Of a stretch of 32,000 nucleotides of DNA, positions 1-7,701 are shown in pieces. A program made the translations under genes and the position numbers. Under the pieces are notes generated by a model. The model was not told the origin of the DNA. It saw only the letters and a program-made list of their open reading frames with translations, and made no database searches. The stretch is from the NCBI RefSeq assembly GCF_001017655.1, contig NZ_CP010904.1, forward strand, positions 2,670,001 to 2,702,000, written 5' to 3'. Each line of letters opens with the position of its first letter. Position 1 is the first letter of the stretch. This stretch comes from Kiritimatiella glycovorans. GTDB lineage: Bacteria > Verrucomicrobiota > Kiritimatiellia > Kiritimatiellales > Kiritimatiellaceae.

Positions 1-1042
1 CCATCCGGCCCGCGTCGTCCGGACGGAACAGATATCCATTGACGCCGTGTTCGACCAGCTCCGGGATGCCTCGCGAGCGCGGGCCGATGATCGGCAGGCC
101 GAAGGCCATCGCTTCCAGCAGACTGACCGGCTGGTTCTCGGTTTTGCTCGCGGTGATGAAGGCATCGCCCAGCCGCGGGATATTATCGGCGATCAGCCGG
201 TCGTGGGTCACGCGTCCGACGCGCACGACGGCGGATTCGATCCCGGCCCGCGGGATCAGCCGGTCGAGTTCCCGGTTCGCGCTGCCGTCGCCGACAATCA
301 CAAATCGGGCGTGCTTATGTTTCAGGTACACCTGCCGGAAGGCCTCTACGGCCACATCGAGCGACTTTTCACCCGAGACCCTTCCGATGTAGATAAAGTT
401 GAAGGTATCCCGGATCCCGTATTGCTCTCTCAGTGCGGCGATCTCTTCATCGGCGCGCAGTTCGGGTTCGCGGATGCCGTTGGAAATCACCGTCGGCTCC
501 CACTTGAGGCCCTTGAGCATCAGGAACCGCTTGACCGTGCGCGAGGGGCTGATCACCGCGTTGCAGCGATTGAAAAAGGTGATCGAGTACTTCCACATCA
601 TCTCCTTGGTGAGCCTCGTATCGGGCATGTAGAAGTGGCGCAGGTATCCCGGTTCGGCGTAAAAGGTGTGGAACGTACCGATCACGGGGACGTTCCGGAT
701 CCGGGACTGGAGAAGCCCCTCCCAGCCGCAGCCCCACTCGGTGTGCACATGAATCAGTTCCGGACGGAATTCGCGCACGGTCTGGTAGGCCGGAAAAAAC
801 GAGGGTACGGCGATGTTCAGGTCCGGAAACTTGCGCGTGGGGATGCTGATCGGGAGATCGTGGATGCGCGCTTCGGGATGCATCTCGTTGAGCGCATCTC
901 CGCCGGCATCCTTCATCGGCCGCGGCCTGAAGATCGTCACTTCGTGGCCGCGCTTGACCAGCTCATTGGCCTGATTGATCACGGCGAAACTCACGCCGGA
1001 CACCCGCGGCAGAAAACTGTCTGTAAACATGCAGATACGCAT
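1..1042 (-). CDS. Glycosyltransferase, GT4 (group 1) family; N-terminal 347 codons only, C-terminus lies beyond the left edge
   Basis: Absent from the ORF track because it has no stop in the window. My translation from ATG (1042-1040) reads MRICMFTDSFLPRVSGVSFAVINQANELVKRGHEV. Further on it reads SKTENQPVSLLEAMAFGLPIIGPRSRGIPELVEHGVNGYLFRPDDAGRM, the GT4 E-x7-E region. GAGGAG lies about 11 nt upstream. The 670-aa plus-strand ORF 47..2059 is its antisense shadow. Confidence 0.85.
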   Translation of the reverse strand, partial: MRICMFTDSFLPRVSGVSFAVINQANELVKRGHEVTIFRPRPMKDAGGDALNEMHPEARIHDLPISIPTRKFPDLNIAVPSFFPAYQTVREFRPELIHVHTEWGCGWEGLLQSRIRNVPVIGTFHTFYAEPGYLRHFYMPDTRLTKEMMWKYSITFFNRCNAVISPSRTVKRFLMLKGLKWEPTVISNGIREPELRADEEIAALREQYGIRDTFNFIYIGRVSGEKSLDVAVEAFRQVYLKHKHARFVIVGDGSANRELDRLIPRAGIESAVVRVGRVTHDRLIADNIPRLGDAFITASKTENQPVSLLEAMAFGLPIIGPRSRGIPELVEHGVNGYLFRPDDAGRM

Positions 1043-1117
1043 GGGTCGGAAATCTCCTCTCGGCCCGTGACGGTTCCGTTAAGAATCGGGATCAGAATAC
1101 AGGATTATGCGTCCCGC

Positions 1118-2107
1118 TCAATCCCCTTCCGCCCCGGGCAGCGTGGTCCTCAGAGCCTGACCGCCCCCCTCGAGGGGCTGGATCGTGTAGGTCCCCGTCG
1201 AGGCGGGAATCAGCAGCGATTCGCCCCCGTGCCAGCGCGTCGTCCCGCCGGCGGTCCTCACGCGGGCCTCCCCGTCCGGAAGAAACCAGGCGTGAAACGT
1301 CGTCCCGTCCGTCTGCAGCGTGATCTCGGCGTCGAGCCTGAAGCGGTCGAGACGGAAGTAGGGCGAGCGGCAGATCCTGTCGCCGGCGGTGCCGTGTTCG
1401 GTGAAGGGCCGCGAAGTGCAGCGCGGATCGTCTTCGTCCCCGAAGTCGATGACCTCCAGCGCCTGTTCGAGGTGAAGCTCTCTCGGGCGGCCGTCGTGCC
1501 CCACCCGGTCCCAGTCGTAGACGCGATAGGTGGTGTTGCTGTTCTGCTGAATCTCGAGCAGCAGGCAGCCGCGGCCGATGGCGTGTACCCGTCCGCCGGG
1601 GACCCATACGGCTTCGCCGGCGGCGGCGGGCACGCGGCGCAGCACGTCGGCGAGCCGTTGTTCCCGCACGGCGGCCAGGAAGTTCTCGCGTCCGGTCCCG
1701 GGGGCCAGCCCGCAGTACACGCCGGCCTCGCGATCGCCCTCGAAAAAATACCACATTTCCGTCTTGGGGTCGCCGCCCGAGCGCGCGGCGCTCCGGTTAT
1801 CGGGATGGACCTGGACGCTGAGCACGTCGCGGGCGTCGATCAGCTTGATCAGCAGCGGGAACCCGTCCTCCGGCGCGGCGCTTCCCAGCAGGTCGCGGCC
1901 GTACACGGCGACCAGTTCGTCCAGCCCGCGCCCCGCCAGCGGACCCTCGCGGACCACGCTCAGGCCGTCCGGATGCGCCGAGATCTCCCACGACTCCGCC
2001 GCGCGGCCGCCCGGCAGATCACGGTTGAATCGCGAGGCGAGGCGGTCGCCCCCCCATAGGTAGTCCTTGTAGACCGGCCTGAATTTCAGCGGATACAGCT
2101 CACTCAC
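1118..2107 (-). CDS. manA: Mannose-6-phosphate isomerase, type I (cupin)
   Basis: Contains SELYPLKFRPVYKDYLWGGDRL, ESWEISAHPDG and LLIKLIDARDVLSVQVHPDN, typical of class I PMI. The track start is ATG 2134. I prefer GTG 2107, which has a GAGGGGA Shine-Dalgarno 7 nt upstream and forms a GTGA overlap with the upstream stop at 2104-2106. Confidence 0.85.
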   Translation of the reverse strand: MSELYPLKFRPVYKDYLWGGDRLASRFNRDLPGGRAAESWEISAHPDGLSVVREGPLAGRGLDELVAVYGRDLLGSAAPEDGFPLLIKLIDARDVLSVQVHPDNRSAARSGGDPKTEMWYFFEGDREAGVYCGLAPGTGRENFLAAVREQRLADVLRRVPAAAGEAVWVPGGRVHAIGRGCLLLEIQQNSNTTYRVYDWDRVGHDGRPRELHLEQALEVIDFGDEDDPRCTSRPFTEHGTAGDRICRSPYFRLDRFRLDAEITLQTDGTTFHAWFLPDGEARVRTAGGTTRWHGGESLLIPASTGTYTIQPLEGGGQALRTTLPGAEGD

Positions 2108-2997
2108 GGCAAAATCCCCTCTTTCGTCATCCATTCCCGCGCCACGGCGCGCTCGTCGCGATGATGGATATCGACCTCGGAATTGAGTTCGCGGATGGTC
2201 TCCGTGTCGAGATGCTCCGCAAGGGGGGCGAGGGCTTCGCGAATGCCGCCGTACTGTTCCAGCGCCGCTTCGCGCACCACCGGCGCGGGGTTATACACGG
2301 GGAAGAAATCGCAATCGTCCTCCAGGGTAACGAAATCGAACGCCGCGATGCGGCCGTCCGTGGCGAACCCCATCGCCACGTCGAGCTGGCCGTCGCGGAG
2401 TGCCTTGTAGACGAGGCCGGTGGACATCTTCCGGATCTGTCCGTAGGGCACGCGGAACCCGCAGGTTTTCATCAGCCGCTTGAATCCGTCGGGTCGTTCC
2501 CAGAATTCGCTGTTCATCCCGAACGCCAGGTCCTGCGGGTGGTTCTGCACGTGCGAGGCCAGGGCGGAAATCGTGTCGATCCCCTTCTCCTCCGCCTCCG
2601 CCCGGCGCATGATCAGCGTATAGGTGTTGTTGAACGGGAGCGGATCGAGCCAGACCAGCCCTTTCTTCGCGTCATGCTTGCGGACCCATTCCAGCACCCG
2701 CTCGCGGTCGGTCATGACCGAGCGGTCCTTCTTCTTGTAATAAACCGTGTAGGCCGTGCCCGAGTACTCGTAGTAGAGGTCGAAGGCCCCGTTGATCAGC
2801 GACTTCCGCGCCAGCGACGATCCGACCCCCGTCCGCAGATCCACTTCGTACCCCGCGTCCTCCAGCAGGAGCGCCGCCATCTCGGCCAGCAGGAACTGCT
2901 CCGTAAAATTCTTGCCGCCGACCACGATCGGTTCAGCCGCAACCGCGGCGGCGAACATCCCGCTCGCCACCATGACCCCTATCATCCAGCGTTTCAT
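2104..2997 (-). CDS. Glycine betaine/choline-type ABC transporter substrate-binding protein (OpuAC/ProX-like), secreted
   Basis: N-terminal signal peptide MKRWMIGVMVASGMFAAAVAA. Motifs VVGGKNFTEQFLLAEMAALLLEDAGYEV and LYYEYSGTAY are characteristic of the OpuAC family. No permease or ATPase partner is in the window. Confidence 0.8.
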   Translation of the reverse strand: MKRWMIGVMVASGMFAAAVAAEPIVVGGKNFTEQFLLAEMAALLLEDAGYEVDLRTGVGSSLARKSLINGAFDLYYEYSGTAYTVYYKKKDRSVMTDRERVLEWVRKHDAKKGLVWLDPLPFNNTYTLIMRRAEAEEKGIDTISALASHVQNHPQDLAFGMNSEFWERPDGFKRLMKTCGFRVPYGQIRKMSTGLVYKALRDGQLDVAMGFATDGRIAAFDFVTLEDDCDFFPVYNPAPVVREAALEQYGGIREALAPLAEHLDTETIRELNSEVDIHHRDERAVAREWMTKEGILP

Positions 2998-3074
2998 GCT
3001 TCATCTCCCTTTGCCCTCATTTTCGGATCAAAGCGGAGATACTGCAAGGGAAGAGGTCGGATACCCGAAGCGGT

Positions 3075-3257
3075 CACAGAGGATGCCGGGGTCGGGAGGG
3101 GAGACGACAAACGTTCGTAGTAGCGCCGCACGCCTGCCCCCCCGGCAGGCCAGGCGCGTGAAAGATAACGGCCCTGGCCCTGCTTCGCAGGCCTGCGGGC
3201 CTACTACGAACGCAAGAGAGAACGCACCATTTCTTTGCCTGTGCTCTTCTCATTCAT
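3075..3257 (-). repeat. S module copy 1 (long imperfect palindrome; inverted relative to copies 2 and 3)
   Basis: The reverse complement aligns base-for-base at roughly 88-90% with 5611-5789. The core is bounded by CGTTCGTAGTAG (3112-3123) and CTACTACGAACG (3201-3212). Confidence 0.9.
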
Positions 3258-3330
3258 CTTTGCGATCTTTGCGCCTTGGCGAGAGACCTTTCTTGTGTTT
3301 CCGACCACGGATTACGCCGATGAGGCGGAT

Positions 3331-3367
3331 GGGATTTCGAAATCCGAATCGAAGTCGAAATCGGGAT
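3331..3367 (-). repeat. R module (CCGATTTCGA-type short periodic motif)
   Basis: GGGATTTCGAAATCCGAATCGAAGTCGAAATCGGGAT. Its reverse complement resembles AATCCCGATCCCGATTCTGATTCC at 5800-5825 and GAATGCCGATTTCGACCCCGAA at 14600-14621. Confidence 0.6.
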
Positions 3368-3374
3368 GCAGAGA

Positions 3375-3464
3375 GAACATAATTCGTACTCGAGTTCCTT
3401 GAACCGGGGGAGTGGGATCGCGCCTGCGGCGCTCCGAGTACGAGTGCGAGTACGAATTATGTTC
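3375..3464. repeat. T module: 18-bp perfect inverted repeats separated by 54 bp (hairpin-forming)
   Basis: GAACATAATTCGTACTCG (3375-3392) and CGAGTACGAATTATGTTC (3447-3464). Related arms occur at 7281-7307, 13781-13827, 13981-13999 and 14543-14578. Confidence 0.9.
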
Positions 3465-3512
3465 ACCCCTTCATGCTCTTCATGACCTTCATGGTGAATC
3501 CCTATCTTTCCC
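3461..3512 (+). repeat. H module copy 1 (9-bp periodic CTTCATGNN x3, then AATCCC..TTTCCC tail)
   Basis: GTTCACCCCTTCATGCTCTTCATGACCTTCATGGTGAATCCCTATCTTTCCC. It ends 8 nt before the stop codon (3521-3523) of the minus-strand Wzy-TPR gene. Confidence 0.9.
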
Positions 3513-3520
3513 GCCGGCGG

Positions 3521-5542
3521 TTATTCCCCGGTCCTTTCCCTGAGCCACTTGATATTGCGCCGGATGGAGCGGGAGGGACGGGCGTCGGCGGCGCGGAGGA
3601 ACGCTTCGAGGGCCTCGCGGTAGCGGCCCGCCTTTTTCAGTTCCATGCCGAGTTCCTTGTAATAGTGCTCGTTTTCGACGCGCTTGATCTCCGCGGCCTC
3701 CACCATATATTCGAAGCCGCGCTGTTTATTGCCGAGAAAGACATGGACGCGGCCGAGGTCCATCAGAATCTCGGCGTTCGGCGGGTTGTCCTTGTGGGCT
3801 TCAAACAGCGCGTCGCGCTCGAACTGCGCCCAGTAACGCTTCTGCCCGCGGTCGAGCGTGGAGGTGCGCCGTTCGTGGTAGAGTTCTCCGAGCGCGTAGT
3901 GCGCGCGCCAGCTCCGGGGTGAGATGGTGCTCGCGGTCCGGTAGTGTTTCACCGCCGTCTCGTACTCCCGCGCCCGGGCCGCGCGATCACCCGCATGGCG
4001 CACCAGCCCCGAGACGCCGTACTGGAGGGCGAAGAAGAGTCCGATCAGCGAAGCGACGATCCCCGCAGCGAGCAGGATGCGCCGTTCCAGCTTCGGAAGG
4101 CTCCGGCGGCGGAGCGCGAGCGCGGGGCCCGCCGCGATGCCCGCGAGCAGGGCCATGACCTGCGGATTGGCGTACATCTGGAAATTGAAATCGAACATCG
4201 CATGGACCAGCGTGCCGGAGAGCATCGCCAGCGCCGCGGCGATCAGCGCGGCGGGCGCGCCGGGCGGCGCGCGGCGCAGGAGACGGATGAAGGCGGCATA
4301 CCCCCAGACGATCGCGAAGAGAAAGATCCCGAGACCGATCCAGCCGCACTCGGCGATCAGGTTGAAGTACTCGCTGTGCGCGAAGCGGGCCATCTTGGGC
4401 TGGGATCCCGTCCCGCGATCCCAGTAATGGCGATAGTCCGGGATGATCCATTCATACGTGCGGAGACCGTGACCCGCCCAGGGGTGATCGGCATGCATCC
4501 GCAGGGTGTCGGCTATCAGCATGGGGCGAAATACATGCTCGCGAGACACCAGCGCCGCGGCGATCGAACGCATATCCTCGTCCGAACCTTCGGCATCGCC
4601 GACATGCTCCTCCGCTTCTTTTGAAGTCTGCCAGGCTTCATAGAGGTCGGTGGCGTAGGCGACAACCTTTCCGCCGCGCTCTCGAAATTCGGGAGAGACC
4701 TGCCACAGCCCGTAGAGTCCCGCACCCATGAGGAAAGGCGCGAGGAGTGCGGCGAGGATGAATCCCTTCCAGCTCCGGCGGAGGATCAGGAAGCACGGCG
4801 TCGCGACGACCGCCGTGATCGCGCCGAGCCAGCCCGCACGCGACTGCGTGAGGTGCAGGGCCCACGTACACGGCACGAGCGCACCCAGCGCGAGCAGGCG
4901 CAGCGGCCAGCCCGCCGCTCTGAGGAAAGGCAGCACCAGCGCAAAGGGAAGCAGCAGGCTCAGGTAATCCGCGAGGTGATTCGGGCATCGGTAGGTCCCG
5001 TTGGCGCGCTCGCCGTACTGCGTCTCCTCCCAGAGGACCATGTTGCCGTCGGTTACATCCTGCACGATCCCATAGATGGAAATTCCAACCGCCACGGCCA
5101 TCAGCAGGAATAGCATCCAGCGTCCGCGCCGGAAATCACGCAGCAGGTTCGTCCATGCCCAGTAAGCCCCGAGAAAGGTCCCGATGCGGAGATAGCCGAT
5201 CTGCGTCTCGTACGGGATGCGCGAGGTGAACAGGAAAAGGCCGCTGACCAGGAACAGCGCGGTCCACACGACTGCGGCGGGCGGGACGCGGAACACCTCG
5301 TCGATCTGCTCCGGATCCCGGCGCAGGCGCGAGAGAAAAAACAGCGCGACGCCCAGCATCGACGCCATCACGAACGGCGCCACCGACCAGATATGCGTGT
5401 CGGATCCGCCGAAGAGCACCGGCGCGCCCAGGGGGGGCAGCGCGAGCAGGCACCATACCAGCCCCGTGAGCACGCGAATGACCCCGGCCTCGCTGTTTTC
5501 ACTGTCGCGGTTCATCATCGATTCGCACTTTTTACCCGCCAT
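3521..5542 (-). CDS. O-antigen ligase/polymerase-like (Wzy_C family) polytopic membrane protein with C-terminal TPR repeats
   Basis: Multiple hydrophobic helices. HLTQSRAGWLGAITAVV matches the Wzy_C-type loop. The C-terminal 170 aa have a TPR-like pattern (AHYALGELYHERR, ILMDLGRVHVFLGNKQRGFEYMVEAAEI, YYKELGMELKKAGRYREALEAFLRAADARP). Confidence 0.8.
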   Translation of the reverse strand: MAGKKCESMMNRDSENSEAGVIRVLTGLVWCLLALPPLGAPVLFGGSDTHIWSVAPFVMASMLGVALFFLSRLRRDPEQIDEVFRVPPAAVVWTALFLVSGLFLFTSRIPYETQIGYLRIGTFLGAYWAWTNLLRDFRRGRWMLFLLMAVAVGISIYGIVQDVTDGNMVLWEETQYGERANGTYRCPNHLADYLSLLLPFALVLPFLRAAGWPLRLLALGALVPCTWALHLTQSRAGWLGAITAVVATPCFLILRRSWKGFILAALLAPFLMGAGLYGLWQVSPEFRERGGKVVAYATDLYEAWQTSKEAEEHVGDAEGSDEDMRSIAAALVSREHVFRPMLIADTLRMHADHPWAGHGLRTYEWIIPDYRHYWDRGTGSQPKMARFAHSEYFNLIAECGWIGLGIFLFAIVWGYAAFIRLLRRAPPGAPAALIAAALAMLSGTLVHAMFDFNFQMYANPQVMALLAGIAAGPALALRRRSLPKLERRILLAAGIVASLIGLFFALQYGVSGLVRHAGDRAARAREYETAVKHYRTASTISPRSWRAHYALGELYHERRTSTLDRGQKRYWAQFERDALFEAHKDNPPNAEILMDLGRVHVFLGNKQRGFEYMVEAAEIKRVENEHYYKELGMELKKAGRYREALEAFLRAADARPSRSIRRNIKWLRERTGE

Positions 5543-5580
5543 CGGGCGGTACAGACAAGAGAGAAGAGGAGCCCGTCAAA

Positions 5581-5610
5581 GGCCACTAAAGGGCACAAGG
5601 GGGCACAAAG
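5581..5610 (-). repeat. K module copy 1
   Basis: GGCCACTAAAGGGCACAAGGGGGCACAAAG is the reverse complement of the CTTTGTGCC..CTTGTGCC..GTGGCC motif seen at 5890-5931, 7671-7700, 12111-12153 and 14383-14456. Confidence 0.85.
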
Positions 5611-5789
5611 ATGAATGAGAAGAGCACAGGCAAAGAGATCGTGCGTTCACTCTCCCGCTCGTAGCAGGCCCGCAGGCCCGCGCAGCGGACCAGGGCCGTT
5701 ATCTTCACGCGCCTGGCCTGCCGGGGGCAGGCTTACGGCGCTACTACGAACGTTTGTCGTCTCCCATCCCGAACCCGGTATCCTCTGTG
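5611..5789 (+). repeat. S module copy 2
   Basis: Begins ATGAATGAGAAGAGCACAGGCAAAGA, contains CTACTACGAACGTTTGTCGTCTCC and ends ATCCTCTGTG. It is the inverted partner of 3075-3257. The left terminal repeat is degenerate (CGCTCGTAGCAG, 5656-5667), so the outer stem is weakened in this copy. Confidence 0.9.
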
Positions 5790-5842
5790 GTCTCGGTGGT
5801 GAATCCCGATCCCGATTCTGATTCCTATTCCCCCCGAACCAA

Positions 5843-5931
5843 CCTTCATGCTCTTCATGTCCTTCATGGTAAATCCCATTCTCTCCCCCCTTCTGTGTCC
5901 CCTTGTGCCTCTTTGTGGCCTTGTTGTGGCC
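5843..5931 (+). repeat. H module copy 2 fused directly to K module copy 2
   Basis: CCTTCATGCTCTTCATGTCCTTCATGGTAAATCCCATTCTCTCCCCCC followed by CTTCTGTGTCCCCTTGTGCCTCTTTGTGGCCTTGTTGTGGCC. It ends 4 nt before the stop (5936-5938) of the minus-strand ATPase gene. Confidence 0.9.
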
Positions 5932-5935
5932 CGGT

Positions 5936-7168
5936 TCACCCGCCCGCCGGTATCCACGGAATCTGGTAGACGTGGTGCTCCAGTTCCGCAAAGTGGCCCG
6001 TGGACGTGATAATCCCGGCAAACGCCACCCGGTCGCCATAGGTCTCGCGGAATCTGAGCAGCCCCCTGTGCTCATCACCTCGCAAAAGCGCATTCCATTT
6101 GCATTCGAAGGCAAAGAGTTTGCCTCCGCATTCGAGGACGAGATCCACCTCCTGTTGCTGGCTGCGCCAGTGATAAAAGCGGACATTTGAAAGCGTCGAC
6201 GAAACCAACGCCCGCATCTCGAGGAAGACGGCGGACTCGAACAGGAACCCGAGCATGGGGTGGGTCAAGAGGGACTCCCGCGAAACGACCTGAAGAAGGT
6301 GACAGATCAACCCCGTATCAAAGAGGGTTCCCTTCGCTCTCTTCGCGATACGCTTGATCTGATTCCCCGAATAGGCCGGCAGTTTATGCCAGACCCCTCC
6401 GGTCTCCAGTGACTGAAGCCACCGCTGCGCAGAGGGGGGCGACATCCCAATGTCACGACCGAGACGGCTCTTGTTGATTTCCCGCATGGTCAGGGGGGCG
6501 AGCAAACGCATGAAGTCGATCATGCGGGAGGCATCCTCCAGTTGGACGGCCAGAGAAAGATCACGTTCGATGTAGGTCCGCAAGTAACTCTCGAAGAAGG
6601 GACCGACAAACTTTTCCTTTTTCCCCAGAAGGCCTGGAAGCCCCCCGAGCCTGATCATGGCCTCGGGCCGCCTCAGGTCTTCGGTTTCGCTGAAATCGGC
6701 GCGGGTCAGGCTCCCCTCTTCAAGCAGCATGGGGAGCCAGTGCTTTGCGCTGCCCCGGCCTGAGCGCTCCCATACGGTCATCGGGAACAGCTCCATTAGA
6801 AGCACGCGCCCCGCCAGACTCTCCTGAAGATTCCGGATCAGATGAAAGGGCTGCGAGCCGGAAAGAATGAATTGTCCCGTCCGGTTGTGTTCATCGATGC
6901 GACGCTTGATCTCGGGCAGAAGCTGCGGCGCGTACTGTACCTCGTCAATAATAAGCGGCTGATCATAGTTGCGCAGGAAGGTAACCGGATCGCGCCTCGC
7001 CTGCGTGCGCAATGTGGTATCATCAAGCGTCACGTAATCGTAAGATGCCTGAAAAAGATGCTTCAGCAGCGTGGATTTACCCGCCTGACGGACGCCCGAA
7101 AGGGCCACAGCCGGAAACTGCGAGGTCGCCTCCAGCAAAGAGGATTCCGTATGACGAGCTAAATACAT
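5936..7168 (-). CDS. AAA+ ATPase of the AAA_14/DUF4143 type (ATP-binding protein with nuclease-fold-like C-terminal domain)
   Basis: Walker A GVRQAGKSTLLKHLF and Walker B-like PLIIDEVQY. The C-terminus EVDLVLECGGKLFAFECKW has the DUF4143/restriction-endonuclease-like pattern. GC is visibly lower than in neighbouring genes. Confidence 0.8.
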   Translation of the reverse strand: MYLARHTESSLLEATSQFPAVALSGVRQAGKSTLLKHLFQASYDYVTLDDTTLRTQARRDPVTFLRNYDQPLIIDEVQYAPQLLPEIKRRIDEHNRTGQFILSGSQPFHLIRNLQESLAGRVLLMELFPMTVWERSGRGSAKHWLPMLLEEGSLTRADFSETEDLRRPEAMIRLGGLPGLLGKKEKFVGPFFESYLRTYIERDLSLAVQLEDASRMIDFMRLLAPLTMREINKSRLGRDIGMSPPSAQRWLQSLETGGVWHKLPAYSGNQIKRIAKRAKGTLFDTGLICHLLQVVSRESLLTHPMLGFLFESAVFLEMRALVSSTLSNVRFYHWRSQQQEVDLVLECGGKLFAFECKWNALLRGDEHRGLLRFRETYGDRVAFAGIITSTGHFAELEHHVYQIPWIPAGG

Positions 7169-7230
7169 GGAGCAATATTAATGCGTCGCGTTAAATTTGC
7201 AATACTTTTGTGGTGCTGATTCCGAACCGT

Positions 7231-7307
7231 GGGGGAGAGAATGGGACTAACCATGAAGGACAAGAAGAGCATGAAGGGGTGAACATAATTCGTACTCGTA
7301 CGCGTAC
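7231..7307 (-). repeat. H module copy 3 (inverted) plus a truncated T arm
   Basis: GGGGGAGAGAATGGGACTAACCATGAAGGACAAGAAGAGCATGAAGGGGTGAAC is the reverse complement of H. GAACATAATTCGTACTCGTACGCGTAC follows and has no partner arm. Confidence 0.85.
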
Positions 7308-7670
7308 GTTGTGACGCGAGCGGATTTCTAATCCAGCCGCTACGATTTCAGTAGTTCCACAAAAATCTACAAAGAACCATATTTGAAAAGACCGTGTCAG
7401 AAGTACGACGGATCGATTAAGCGTATCCGAGTAAAGGTGGCGGTTAAGTGGGCGACGAAGGGTCCGCTGAAGTGTGGACTGCGCCCTTCCACGAACCCTT
7501 AACCGCATTCTTCACCGCAACACTTACCCGGATACACGTAATCGAACCGCTTCCTCCTGACTTCCGAATCGGGACCCCCGAATCCGCAACACCCTCCTTG
7601 CCGCTCAAGGACTTACGACAACTTTTCTGACCTCCTCGGAAGTCAGCAGATTGGATTTCCCGCTCACTCT

Positions 7671-7700
7671 CTTCTGTGTCCCCTTGTGCCTCTTTGTGGC
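7671..7700 (+). repeat. K module copy 3
   Basis: CTTCTGTGTCCCCTTGTGCCTCTTTGTGGC. It ends 1 nt before the stop codon (7702-7704) of the minus-strand HAD gene. Confidence 0.9.
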
Positions 7701-7701
7701 T

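Noticed and set aside
47-2059. Very long ORFs antisense to the called genes: 47..2059 (+), 8494..10014 (-), 10844..12304 (-), 15902..17071 (-), 22019..23101 (+), 24096..25172 (+), 29068..30123 (+), 30887..31798 (+) and others.
   Set aside because: They are Arg/Gly/Pro/Ala-rich, low-complexity translations with no recognisable motifs. Each lies opposite a gene with clear family signatures. Stop-poor antisense frames are expected at this GC content.
3075-3257. S modules as integron attC sites, with TA genes and other small genes as cassettes.
   Set aside because: The terminal sequences (AAACGTTCGTAGTAG / CTACTACGAACGTTTGT) do not fit the RYYYAAC / GTTRRRY core sites. The copies are not co-oriented at the cassette 3' ends, and no intI-type integrase or attI is in the window.
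7320-7600. tRNA- or tmRNA-like fragments: GGATTTCTAATCC, which resembles an anticodon loop, at about 7322-7334, and GGTTCGATTAC on the minus strand at about 7538-7548.
   Set aside because: The flanking sequences do not form acceptor, D or T stems. The candidate T-stem bases do not pair, and there is no CCA or cloverleaf geometry.
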